The notes: generated by a model from the letters alone, not told the origin. 64,000 bases of DNA from an uncultured bacterium (GCA_963786935.1 CAWBAN010000001.1:608001-672000), one strand, 5' to 3'; counted from the first letter of the stretch, positions 9,930-20,533 are shown. A program made the numbers and translations.

Positions 9930-11752
9930 GGGGAGCGATCCTCGCGATCGTCTGCGTCCTGCTGATGCCGCCGCCGCTCGCGGCGGAAGAGCTTCCCGGC
10001 TCGCTCGCCGCCGATTCGCTCGCTCTGCCGACCGAGGTATTCGTGATCACGCGCGGAGAGCTCATCGAGCACAACGTTCATACCCTCGACGACATCATCC
10101 TCCTCATGCCGGGCGTTTCGCTGTGGCGCGAGGGGCCCCACGGCGCGGACGGCGGATTCTCGATCGACGGGCGGACGTACCGCGGCGTGAACTTCCTCGT
10201 GAACGGCGTTCCCTGCATCGACTCGTATCTCCTCGAATCGCTGACGCGGTTCCTGCCGTTGTCGCGGCTCCTCCGGGTCGAGGTGTTCTACAGCGGCTCT
10301 CCCTGCTTCTCGGGGGATCTCTCATCCCGGGGATTCATCAACGTCGTTCTCGAGGAAGGGGGGCGGGAGAGTCCCGCCTCGGAGGTGGATTTCACGTACG
10401 GCACGGCGAACCGGCGCGCGCGCCGCGCGTGGTTCGCGACCCCCCGGGCGCACCTGGGCGCCGCGCTCTCGTACGACGAATACCTGCAAGACGGCGTCAA
10501 CGCGTATCCCGCGGATCCCGACCAGCGGCTCGGCCTCTACGACATGCGATCGGTCCTCGCGGAGCTCTGGATCCGGACCGACGCGGGAGACCAGGCGCGA
10601 TTCAGCGTCCACCGGTACGAGGAGAGCTCAGTGGGCACGTCGTACCCCGGCGAGGACGACGAGGATGTTCGACGCTCGGGCTTCGCGTCGGAGCTTCGTT
10701 ACCGGCGCTCCGGTTTCTCGGCGCTTCTCGCGCAGCGCGTGCTCGATCTGTCGCGGATCGCGGGGCGGATCAGGGAGCACAGTCTTCTCGGCGAGGCCCG
10801 GTGGGCCGGGCGCGTCCTCGGGCTCGGCGTCCGCGCGTTCGGCGCGGCCTCGCGCTCGGACTTCGAGAACGACTACCGGTGGATCGCCTCCGATCCGGAT
10901 GCGGCCGCGTCCGGAGAACTCGCGCATTTCTCCCCGTCGTTCAACCGCGTCGAGGGGGGGCTCGCGCTCGGGGGAGCGGCGTCACCGGGCGTGACCTGGC
11001 GCCTCGGGGCGTTCGGCGGCCGCCACAGCGACGTCGGCGCGTACGGGGGCGCGGAGGTGGCGCTCGGCAAGGCGTGGGGCGGCGCGTTCTCGCAGGACGT
11101 CGTGCTCGCGCGCCGGGTGAGGATTCCGTCCGCCGAAGAGCTCTATCAGCCCGCGCTCACGAAGACGTTCGACGGTGCGGCGTACGCGACGACGGGCAAT
11201 CCGGATCTCGTCCCGGAGATTTCGAACGAGCTCTCTCTCGGATTCACGTGCTCGAACGTCACCCTGTCCCTCTTCGGCCGGGACGAGCAATCGCTGATCG
11301 TGCTTTCGGGCGCCGACTCCGCGGTCTACCGGTCCGAGGGGAGCGGGAGGGTCGTGGGGGCGCGGGCCCGCTTCGCGGGTCGCGCGCGGATCATCGGCTT
11401 CGACGGTTTCCTCTCGGTCGCCGCCGAGGGCTATCCCGAGCGCGGCTCGCTCGCCGACGGCGTTCCGGAATACCGCGCGATCGGCGAGGCGGGCCTGCAG
11501 CGAGGGCTGTTCGGCGCCTCGGAGCTTCTCTCGATCAAGCTCGGCTCGGAGGCGTCCGGGACGCGGCGGTGGGGCGCGACGAAGCTGCCGGCGTATCAGG
11601 TCCTCAACTTCTCCGCATCCATCTCCATCATGAGCGCGCGTGTGATCTACGAATACCGGAACATCCTGAACGAGAAATACGAAACCGCTCCCGGCTACAC
11701 GATGCCGATGCGCCACTACATCATCGGATTCTTCTGGGAGATCCTCGATTGA
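9926..11752 (+). CDS. TonB-dependent receptor-like outer-membrane protein
   Basis: Signal peptide; plug motifs VITRGEL..TLDDIL..PGV, NGVP, RVEV, GFINVV; GNPDLVPE; YRNILNEKY; ATG overlaps the upstream stop (ATGA). Confidence 0.75.
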   Translation: MRGAILAIVCVLLMPPPLAAEELPGSLAADSLALPTEVFVITRGELIEHNVHTLDDIILLMPGVSLWREGPHGADGGFSIDGRTYRGVNFLVNGVPCIDSYLLESLTRFLPLSRLLRVEVFYSGSPCFSGDLSSRGFINVVLEEGGRESPASEVDFTYGTANRRARRAWFATPRAHLGAALSYDEYLQDGVNAYPADPDQRLGLYDMRSVLAELWIRTDAGDQARFSVHRYEESSVGTSYPGEDDEDVRRSGFASELRYRRSGFSALLAQRVLDLSRIAGRIREHSLLGEARWAGRVLGLGVRAFGAASRSDFENDYRWIASDPDAAASGELAHFSPSFNRVEGGLALGGAASPGVTWRLGAFGGRHSDVGAYGGAEVALGKAWGGAFSQDVVLARRVRIPSAEELYQPALTKTFDGAAYATTGNPDLVPEISNELSLGFTCSNVTLSLFGRDEQSLIVLSGADSAVYRSEGSGRVVGARARFAGRARIIGFDGFLSVAAEGYPERGSLADGVPEYRAIGEAGLQRGLFGASELLSIKLGSEASGTRRWGATKLPAYQVLNFSASISIMSARVIYEYRNILNEKYETAPGYTMPMRHYIIGFFWEILD

Positions 11753-11889
11753 AAGCGCCCGCGGCGGCGGGATAGCACGCTGCGCGCGCCGCGCCCGTCC
11801 TTTGCGCGACGACGCGCGTGGCCGGAAAACTGGCAGAAGACGCGTCCCCCCGGTCTGTTTTTTCCCCCCCGCCGCGATCCCCGGCACCG

Positions 11890-11923
11890 GTCGCATTATG
11901 CATGTCGTGTCGCACAATGCATG
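11890..11923 (+). promoter_or_regulatory. Tandem candidate enhancer (bEBP) sites upstream of pilB
   Basis: GTCGCATTATGCATG (11890-11904) and GTCGCACAATGCATG (11909-11923), about 200 bp upstream of a sigma54 motif. Confidence 0.5.
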
Positions 11924-12114
11924 CGGCGCGGGGCCTCCGGAGGGGAAGGCGCCGCGGAATCGTCCCCGCGCGTCGATCGACGTTAATCCATATTTCATAA
12001 GGGTTTTTTCAAATCGTCCCGTCGTCGGCCCGAGCGGCGAATCGCGGGTCGAGGCGCCCCGTTCGATCCGTTGATCCCTTTGAGCGGCAATCCATTATCA
12101 GGGGCGCGGCCGGA

Positions 12115-12129
12115 TGGCATGCTCCTTGC
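12115..12129 (+). promoter_or_regulatory. sigma54 (-24/-12) promoter of pilB operon
   Basis: TGGCAT-GCTCC-TTGC with exact GG-N10-GC spacing. Confidence 0.75.
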
Positions 12130-12248
12130 CCTTCGATGCATCTTGCCGGATGAACGGGCAAAACGAATCGGGCGAAAACGCGGACCCGATGGGTTCGCTG
12201 GTTGAATACTTGCATACGATCTCCTGAAACCCCTATCGGGCGGAGGGT

Positions 12249-13928
12249 TTGTTGAAAGACAAGATCGCCAATCAGCTCGTCGAATCGAGCCTCATCAGCC
12301 AGCAGCAGCTCGAGCTCGCCCTCTCCGAGCAGACGAAATCGGGGGGGAGCCTCGGCTACAACCTCGTCAAGACCGGCGCCATCTCCGAAAAGGCGTTCGC
12401 CGAGTTCCTTTCCCAGACGTACAACGCGCCCGCCATCGATCTCGACGAGCTCGAGGCGGACGAGCATTCGATAGAGCTGATTCCGCCCGAGGTCGCCACG
12501 AAGTTCCAGGTCGTGCCCATCAAGCGCGAGGGGCGCACCCTCACCGTGGCGATGGCGAACCCCGACAACATCTTCGCGATCGACGACATCAAGTTCATCA
12601 CGGGCCTCGAGGTGCGCCCCGTCGTCGCGACCGAGACGGCGATCAAGCGCGCCATCGACCGCTTCTACGAGTCCGCCGACTCGCTTTCCGAAGTCATGAA
12701 GGACATGCAGGAGGACTTCGAGATCGTCGAGGATATGGACGACGACGCGGGGAGCGCCGAAGCGCTGAGCGAAGACGCGCCCGTCGTCAAGCTCGTGAAC
12801 TCGCTGATCGCGGACGCGGTGAACAAGGGGGCGAGCGATATCCACGTCGAGCCGTTCGAGAAGAAGCTCCGCGTGCGGTACCGCATCGACGGCGTGCTGC
12901 ACGAGATGATGTCGCCTCCCATCAAGATGAGGGGAGCCATCACGTCGCGTCTCAAGATCATGGCAGAGCTCGATATCGCGGAGAAGCGCGTCCCGCAGGA
13001 CGGGCGCATCAAGATCCGCATCGGAGAGAAGAAGATCGATCTCCGCGTGAGCTCGCTGCCGACGATCTTCGGCGAAAAGATCGTGATGCGAATCCTCGAC
13101 AAGTCGAACCTCCAGATCGACCTCACGAAGCTCGGCTTTCAGGCCGAGGCGCTCCAAAAGCTCGTGAAGGGGATCGAGATGCCCTACGGGATGGTGCTCG
13201 TGACGGGGCCCACGGGAAGCGGGAAAACCACGACGCTCTATTCCGCGCTCAACAAGATCAACCTGCCCGAGTTCAATATCATGACCGCCGAGGATCCCGT
13301 CGAGTACAACATCGACGGCATCAACCAGGTGATGGTGCACGAGGAGATCGGTCTCACCTTCGCGGCGGCCCTCAAGGCGTTCCTCCGCCAGGATCCGAAC
13401 ATCGTGATGGTCGGCGAGATCCGCGACCTCGAGACCGCCGGCATCGCGGTCAAGGCGGCGCTCACCGGCCATCTCGTCCTGAGCACGCTCCACACGAACG
13501 ACGCTCCGAGCACGATCAACCGTATGATCGACATGGGCATCGAGCCCTTCCTCGTCGCGAGCTCCGTGAACGTCATCATGGCGCAGCGGCTCCTTCGCCG
13601 GCTGTGCGTGAAGTGCAAGGCGAAGGAGAAGATCCATCCCGAGGCGCTCCGCGAGCTCGGCATCACGTCGGGCGAAGCGTTCGACATGCACAAGCCCGTG
13701 GGCTGCACGGCGTGCAGCGGCACGGGATACTCGGGACGAACGGGCATCTACGAGGTCATGCCCATATCCGACGCGATCCGCGAGATGATCCTCAATCGTG
13801 CCTCGTCATCCGAAATCAAGGAGCAGGCCGTCCGCGAGGGCATGATCACGCTGCGCGGGGACGGCATTCTGAAATTGAAAGCCGGCATCACCTCGCTGCA
13901 GGAAGTGCTGCGGGAGTCGGCGGCGTAA
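12249..13928 (+). CDS. pilB: Type IV pilus extension ATPase
   Basis: ASDIHVEP, GPTGSGKTTT, EDPVE, LRQDP, GHLVLSTLHTND, tetracysteine motif. Confidence 0.97.
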   Translation: MLKDKIANQLVESSLISQQQLELALSEQTKSGGSLGYNLVKTGAISEKAFAEFLSQTYNAPAIDLDELEADEHSIELIPPEVATKFQVVPIKREGRTLTVAMANPDNIFAIDDIKFITGLEVRPVVATETAIKRAIDRFYESADSLSEVMKDMQEDFEIVEDMDDDAGSAEALSEDAPVVKLVNSLIADAVNKGASDIHVEPFEKKLRVRYRIDGVLHEMMSPPIKMRGAITSRLKIMAELDIAEKRVPQDGRIKIRIGEKKIDLRVSSLPTIFGEKIVMRILDKSNLQIDLTKLGFQAEALQKLVKGIEMPYGMVLVTGPTGSGKTTTLYSALNKINLPEFNIMTAEDPVEYNIDGINQVMVHEEIGLTFAAALKAFLRQDPNIVMVGEIRDLETAGIAVKAALTGHLVLSTLHTNDAPSTINRMIDMGIEPFLVASSVNVIMAQRLLRRLCVKCKAKEKIHPEALRELGITSGEAFDMHKPVGCTACSGTGYSGRTGIYEVMPISDAIREMILNRASSSEIKEQAVREGMITLRGDGILKLKAGITSLQEVLRESAA

Positions 13929-13951
13929 GAACGAGCCAAGGAGAGTACGAT

Positions 13952-15073
13952 ATGCCCGATACGGGGACGAAAGCACAGGCCGTGAACCTGCGGGATCTGC
14001 TCCAGGAGATGATCGACAAGCGCGCGAGCGATCTTCACATCACGGCGGGCATCCCGCCGATGCTGCGGATCGACGGCATCATCCGCCGCACGAACCACGA
14101 GATCATCTCGCCCGAGGTGAGCAGGCAGATCGCGTACAGCATCATCACCGAGGAGCAGCAGAAGCGGTTCGAGAACGAGAAGGAGCTCGACTTCTCCTTC
14201 GGCGTGCAGGGATTGTCGCGTTTCCGCGCGAACGTGTTCCAGCAGCGGGGCGTGACGAGCATCGCGATCAGGCAAATTCCCTTCGAGATTCTCGACTTCA
14301 AGGTGCTCGGTCTCCCGCCCGTCGTCGAGGACTTTTCGAAGAAGATGAAGGGGCTCGTCCTCGTCACCGGGCCGACGGGAAGCGGCAAGTCGACGACGCT
14401 CGCGAGCATCATCGACAAGATCAACATGGAGCGTCAGTCGCACGTCATCACGATCGAGGATCCGATCGAGTACATCCACCAGCACAAGAAGTGCATCGTG
14501 AACCAGCGCGAGGTGCGCGCCGACACCGAGACGTTCCAGAGCGCGCTCAAGCATGTCCTGCGGCAGGATCCCGACGTGATTCTCATCGGCGAGATGCGGG
14601 ATCTCGAGACGATGCAGGCCGCGCTCACGATCGCCGAGACGGGCCATTTGGCGCTCGCGACCCTTCACACGAACTCGACGTTCGAGTCGATCAACCGCAT
14701 CGTCGACACGTTTCCGCCGAACCAGCAGTCGCAGGTGCGCGCGCAGCTCGCCTTCGTGCTCGAGGGCGTCATCACGCAGCAGCTCATCGCGCATCTGTCG
14801 GGCAAGGGGCGCGTGCTCGTGGCGGAGGTCATGGTGTGCACGCCGGCCATCAGGGCGTGCATCCGCGACGACAAGGTGCACCAGATCTATGGATTGATGC
14901 AGGCCGGGACGAAGTTCGGCATGCAGACGATGAATCAGGCTCTCTTCCGCGCATATACGAGCAGGCAGATATCTCTCGAGGAAGCAATGGTGTGCAGCTC
15001 CGACACGATCGAGCTCGAACAGATGCTCGGCGAACGCGCATCGAACCTGCACGCCGCCCGCAGTGCGAGATAG
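13952..15073 (+). CDS. pilT: Type IV pilus retraction ATPase
   Basis: ASDLHI, GPTGSGKSTT, IEDPIE, NQREV, AETGHL, AIRxxIR, GMQTM. Confidence 0.96.
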   Translation: MPDTGTKAQAVNLRDLLQEMIDKRASDLHITAGIPPMLRIDGIIRRTNHEIISPEVSRQIAYSIITEEQQKRFENEKELDFSFGVQGLSRFRANVFQQRGVTSIAIRQIPFEILDFKVLGLPPVVEDFSKKMKGLVLVTGPTGSGKSTTLASIIDKINMERQSHVITIEDPIEYIHQHKKCIVNQREVRADTETFQSALKHVLRQDPDVILIGEMRDLETMQAALTIAETGHLALATLHTNSTFESINRIVDTFPPNQQSQVRAQLAFVLEGVITQQLIAHLSGKGRVLVAEVMVCTPAIRACIRDDKVHQIYGLMQAGTKFGMQTMNQALFRAYTSRQISLEEAMVCSSDTIELEQMLGERASNLHAARSAR

Positions 15074-15092
15074 CACGAAAGGGGAATGAACC

Positions 15093-16307
15093 ATGGGTAC
15101 GACGACCTATATGTGGAAAGGGCGAACGCCGACCGGCGAAATGCTGTCGGGCGAGCTCGCCTCGGAGAACAAACAGGAGCTCATCAACACGCTTCGCAAG
15201 CGCAAGATCATCATCACGACGATCCGCGAGAAGCCGAAAGACATCAAGTTCAACTTCGGCCCCGGCAACCGCATCACGACGCGCGACCTCGGCGTGTTCA
15301 CAAGGCAGTTCGCCACGATGATCAACGCGGGTCTCCCGATGGTCCAATGCCTCGATATCCTCTCGAGCCAGATGGACAAACCGAACTTCAAGAAGATCGT
15401 GGCCGATGTGATGTACGATGTCGAATCGGGCGCGACGCTCGCCGACGCGCTCCGCAAGCAGCCCTGCTTCTCCGATCTCTTCGTGAACATGATCGAGGCC
15501 GGGGAGGCGGGCGGTATTCTCGACGTGATCCTCAACCGGCTCGCCGTGTACCTCGAGAAGGCCGACGCGCTCATGAAAAAGGTCAAGGGCGCGATGACCT
15601 ATCCGGCCGTCGTGTTCACGGTTTGTATCGGGGCGTCGATCTTCATGCTCCTGTTCATCATTCCGACGTTCGCGCAGATGTTCAAGGACTTCGGCGGGCA
15701 GCTCCCGATGCCGACGCGAATCGTCATGGGGCTCAGCAACTTCCTGAAGGCGAACTGGTGGCTGCTGGTCGTCATCGCCGTCGGCGGGACCATCGGCTTC
15801 CGGCGCTACTACAAAACGGTGAGCGGCCGCTACCGCATCGACAAGCTCATGCTCCGGATGCCGATTCTCGGCCCCGTCATTCGCAAAGCGGCCGTAGCGC
15901 GCTTCACGCGGACGCTCGGAACGCTCGTTTCGAGCGGTGTTCCCATTCTGAACGGCCTCGAGATCACGGCCCGGACCTCGGGCAACAAGGTGATCGAGGA
16001 AGCCGTGCTCAAGACGCGCACGAGCATCAGCGAGGGCAATACGATCGCGGAACCGCTCCGCGAGTGCGGCGTGTTTCCGCCGATGGTGGTCCAGATGATC
16101 GGCGTCGGCGAGCAGACCGGCGCGCTCGACGAGATGCTCGAGAAGGTCGCCGACTTTTACGACAGCGAGGTCGATACCGCGGTGAGCGCGCTCACGTCGA
16201 TCATCGAACCCATCATGATCGTCATGATGGGAGGCATCGTGGGCGGCATGCTCATCGCGATGTACCTGCCCATGTTCAAACTCGTTTCGGTCGTCTCCGG
16301 AGGTTGA
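15093..16307 (+). CDS. pilC: Type IV pilus platform protein (GspF family)
   Basis: FTRQFATMINAG, GEAGG, GEQTGALD, IEPIMI, AMYLPMF. Confidence 0.96.
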   Translation: MGTTTYMWKGRTPTGEMLSGELASENKQELINTLRKRKIIITTIREKPKDIKFNFGPGNRITTRDLGVFTRQFATMINAGLPMVQCLDILSSQMDKPNFKKIVADVMYDVESGATLADALRKQPCFSDLFVNMIEAGEAGGILDVILNRLAVYLEKADALMKKVKGAMTYPAVVFTVCIGASIFMLLFIIPTFAQMFKDFGGQLPMPTRIVMGLSNFLKANWWLLVVIAVGGTIGFRRYYKTVSGRYRIDKLMLRMPILGPVIRKAAVARFTRTLGTLVSSGVPILNGLEITARTSGNKVIEEAVLKTRTSISEGNTIAEPLRECGVFPPMVVQMIGVGEQTGALDEMLEKVADFYDSEVDTAVSALTSIIEPIMIVMMGGIVGGMLIAMYLPMFKLVSVVSGG

Positions 16308-16310
16308 TGA

Positions 16311-17699
16311 ATGCGCTTTCGTTCGCGTGCAATCCCCCTCGGAAACGCGGGGAACCTGAGGAAATCGACGATCCTCGGATTCATGGCGATCGCCTTCGCG
16401 ATCGGCGCCGCGAACCTGTTGCTCGGCTCGGGCGCCGGCTCGTGGGCGACGATGGCGGGCTCGCTGCTGCTCGCCGCCGGATCCTTTTCGGCTGGACTCC
16501 TGTCCGGGCGGTTCTCGGACCGCGCAGGCCGGCTCGAGGAGCAGCTCGCGGCGAGGGAGCGTGAACTCGCCCGGGTCAAGCTGCACGCCGACAGCATCAT
16601 CACGAACGTCTCGAGCGGATTGATCGTGGCGAACGCCATGGGGGAGATCACCACGTGCAACCCGGCCGCCGTCAGGATACTCGGGCTCGCGCCCGCCGCC
16701 GAGGTCACGGGCAGGCTCGTCAAGGACGTTATCCCGCACATGGGCGCCCTCGTGCAGGAGCTCGATCGGGCGCTCGAAACGGGGATGCCGCTCCGGCGGC
16801 ACGAGATCGAGATCCGGGCCCGCGACGGCGCGCCCCTTCCGCTCGGCATCAGCCTGTCGATCCTGCGGGGGGACAACGGAGAGAAGCGCGGGATCGTCGC
16901 GATCTTCCAGGATCTCACCGAGGTCCATCGCATGCGGGAGAAGGTCAGGCTCGCGGACAAGATGGCGGCGATCGGCGAGCTTTCGGCGGCCATCGCGCAC
17001 GAGATCCGGGCCCCGCTCGCCTCGATCTGCGGCTCGATCGAGATGCTCTCGGGCGAGCTGACCCTGAGCGGGGACAACGAAAAGCTCATGGAGCTCATCA
17101 TCAAGGAATCCGACCGTCTCGACCGGATCATCACCGATTTTCTCGAGTTCGCGCGGCTCAAGCCGCCGGCGTTCGAGCCGGTCGACGCGGCGCGCTGCGT
17201 CGACGAGGTGCTGCTCCTGTTCAAGCACTCGAGCGGTCTCAACCGGAGCGTCTCGTTCGAAGTCACGAACGAAGCGCGGAACGCGTGCATCTACGCGGAC
17301 GACGAGCAGATCCGCCAGGTGTGTCTGAACCTCGTCATGAACGGATGCGAGGCGATGAGCGACGGAGGCCGCCTCTCGCTCCGCGTCGCGACGGAGATGC
17401 GGCCGCTCCGCGAGACCGGCGGTCCCGTAGAGTGCGTGCGCATCGATTTCGAGAACACGGGGCCGGCGATTCCCGAGAGCGTCCTGCCCCACATCTACGA
17501 GCCGTTCTTCTCGACGAAGGACGGGGGCACGGGGCTGGGGCTCGCGATCGTTTCCCGCATCGTCGAGAGCCACGGCGGGCTCGTGCGCGTCGAGAGCGAC
17601 GAGCGCCGCGGAACGACGTTCTCGGTCGTGCTCCCGGCGTACTCGGGCGCCGAATCGAAGCATGAATCGATACTCGAAGAGGAATTCATCAGTTTCTAA
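16311..17699 (+). CDS. pilS: PAS-domain sensor histidine kinase (PilS-like); start uncertain, alternative ATG near 16383
   Basis: Two TM helices, PAS, AHEIR H-box, N-box, FFSTK and GTGLGL boxes; lies between pilC and pilR. Confidence 0.85.
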   Translation: MRFRSRAIPLGNAGNLRKSTILGFMAIAFAIGAANLLLGSGAGSWATMAGSLLLAAGSFSAGLLSGRFSDRAGRLEEQLAARERELARVKLHADSIITNVSSGLIVANAMGEITTCNPAAVRILGLAPAAEVTGRLVKDVIPHMGALVQELDRALETGMPLRRHEIEIRARDGAPLPLGISLSILRGDNGEKRGIVAIFQDLTEVHRMREKVRLADKMAAIGELSAAIAHEIRAPLASICGSIEMLSGELTLSGDNEKLMELIIKESDRLDRIITDFLEFARLKPPAFEPVDAARCVDEVLLLFKHSSGLNRSVSFEVTNEARNACIYADDEQIRQVCLNLVMNGCEAMSDGGRLSLRVATEMRPLRETGGPVECVRIDFENTGPAIPESVLPHIYEPFFSTKDGGTGLGLAIVSRIVESHGGLVRVESDERRGTTFSVVLPAYSGAESKHESILEEEFISF

Positions 17700-17726
17700 T
17701 AACGCCGATTCCGGGGGTGCATTCGA

Positions 17727-19100
<1,374 letters not shown>

Positions 19101-19240
19101 AGATCATCGGAATCGGGAACATTGCAATGATAAACGCGATGATGGCACAACGAAATGCAACGGTTTCGCCAACGGAAAGGGGGTACTGCGCAACCTCTGG
19201 TTTAATTAGCAGTTACGCAACTCTAAAGTCCGGGACGGTT

Positions 19241-19255
19241 TGGCACGGAGCTTGC
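19241..19255 (+). promoter_or_regulatory. sigma54 promoter of major pilin
   Basis: TGGCAC-GGAGC-TTGC, perfect consensus. Confidence 0.9.
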
Positions 19256-19378
19256 GTTTACCGCTGCCTGAGCGGTCGGGAGAAGCCGGCACGATAGAAA
19301 GGGCCGGTTCGCGGCGACCGAAAAGGCACGGAAACCAAAGCGAAGGCTTTGAAGAACAGAATGTCAGGGAGGTGTCTG

Positions 19379-19813
19379 ATGAACAACAAGGGTTTCACCC
19401 TCATCGAGCTGATGATCGTCGTCGTGATCATCGGTATTCTCGCTGCTATCGCGATTCCGAACTTCATCAACATGCAGGCTCGCGCGAAGGAAGCTTCGGT
19501 CAAGTCGAACTGCCATACCGTGCAGCTCGCCGCCGAGGACTTCGCCGTGCAGAATGACGGCGTGTACGCCGCCGACGTCGGCGCCGATGTGACGCCGTCC
19601 AACCAGACCATCACCAACATGCTTCCGGGCGGGGCTCTCCTCGAGAACCCGTTCACGAAGGCTGCCACGGAGCCGGTCGACGGCGTCGCCGCGAACGCCG
19701 GCGAGAGCGCCTACGCTCCGATCGTTCAGAACAACGTGAACGTGGGCTACTCGATCACGGGCGTCGGCAAGGAAGCCAACACGATCATCATCACGCTCAG
19801 CAGCGGTCAGTAA
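19379..19813 (+). CDS. pilA: Type IVa major pilin (copy 1)
   Basis: MNNKG|FTLIELMIVVVIIGILAAIAIP class III signal with E5 and P22; GGAGGT SD; sigma54 promoter and terminator. Confidence 0.95.
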   Translation: MNNKGFTLIELMIVVVIIGILAAIAIPNFINMQARAKEASVKSNCHTVQLAAEDFAVQNDGVYAADVGADVTPSNQTITNMLPGGALLENPFTKAATEPVDGVAANAGESAYAPIVQNNVNVGYSITGVGKEANTIIITLSSGQ

Positions 19814-19837
19814 TCGCCCGCTGAAGATCGTTCGTCT

Positions 19838-19871
19838 ACGGGCGGCTCCCTCGAGCCGCCCGTTTCTTTTT
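19838..19871 (+). terminator. Rho-independent terminator after pilA copy 1
   Basis: ACGGGCGGCTC-cctc-GAGCCGCCCGT 11-bp stem followed by TTCTTTTT. Confidence 0.9.
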
Positions 19872-19906
19872 CGTGTCCGGAGCTTCGCGCAGTTTGTGGA
19901 GCGATT

Positions 19907-19921
19907 GGGTACGATTCTTGC
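19907..19921 (+). promoter_or_regulatory. Putative sigma54 promoter of pilin copy 2
   Basis: GGGTAC-GATTC-TTGC with GG-N10-GC spacing; ends 15 nt before the ATG. Confidence 0.55.
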
Positions 19922-19936
19922 GATTTCCACGGCATC

Positions 19937-20371
19937 ATGAAAGCGAAAGGTTTCACGCTCATCGAGCTCATGATCGTCGTCGCCATCATCGGCATTCTCG
20001 CCGTCATCGTGATTCCCATTTTCTCGCGGATGATCGCTCGCGCGAAGGAAGCTTCGGTCAAGTCGAACTGCCATACCGTGCAGCTCGCCGCCGAGGACTT
20101 CGCCGTGCAGAATGACGGCGTGTACGCCGCCGACGTCGGCGCCGATGTGACGCCGTCCAACCAGACCATCACCAACATGCTTCCGGGCGGGGTTCTCATT
20201 GAGAACCCGTTCACGAAGGCTGCCACGGAGCCGGTCGACGGCGTCGCCGCGAACGCCGGCGAGAGCGCCTACGCTCCGATCGTTCAGAACAACGTGAACG
20301 TGGGCTACTCGATCACGGGCGTCGGCAAGGAAGCCAACGAGATCATCATCACGCTCAGCAGCGGTCAGTAA
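19937..20371 (+). CDS. Type IVa pilin (copy 2)
   Basis: MKAKG|FTLIELMIVVAIIGILAVIVIP; same length as copy 1; head differs at only 3 aa; no evident SD. Confidence 0.9.
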   Translation: MKAKGFTLIELMIVVAIIGILAVIVIPIFSRMIARAKEASVKSNCHTVQLAAEDFAVQNDGVYAADVGADVTPSNQTITNMLPGGVLIENPFTKAATEPVDGVAANAGESAYAPIVQNNVNVGYSITGVGKEANEIIITLSSGQ

Positions 20372-20533
20372 TCGGCCGCGCCTCCGGATTCCGGGCATAG
20401 AATTCGCATTTTCCTCCGCCGGAACCATGAAACGGCTCGAAACCAGACGGATTTTTGCCAATGGCGGCGAGTTAGCTGCCACCGGGCCGGACGGCCCCGG
20501 GGGCGCCGAGCGTTCGCCGCGCGGGGTAGCGCC

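Larger units (their letters stand above)
19478..20374 (+). repeat. Direct repeat, about 339 bp, offset 558 bp (19478-19816 and 20036-20374), covering both pilin heads
   Basis: Base-by-base comparison finds 5 mismatches in three codons (GCT/GTT, CTC/ATT, ACG/GAG). Confidence 0.95.

Noticed and set aside
12140..12240. c-di-GMP-I riboswitch in the pilB leader (GGGCAAAAC..GAAA)
   Set aside because: A hairpin is possible, but the GACGCAAAGC core and second stem are missing.
19143..19158. Second sigma54 site TGGCAC upstream of pilA
   Set aside because: GG to GC spacing is one base too long; more likely part of the enhancer region.
19379..19813. Electrically conductive e-pilin
   Set aside because: Only about 8 aromatic residues (including His) in 139 aa, and Met instead of an aromatic at position 27.
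19379..20371. Pilin repeat as a DGR template/variable pair
   Set aside because: The five mismatches are not adenine-specific, both copies are intact ORFs, and there is no reverse transcriptase in the window.
20462..20479. sigma54-like GG-N10-GC before the pilus ABC ATPase
   Set aside because: Flanking consensus is poor, and GG-N10-GC alone is frequent in high-GC DNA.
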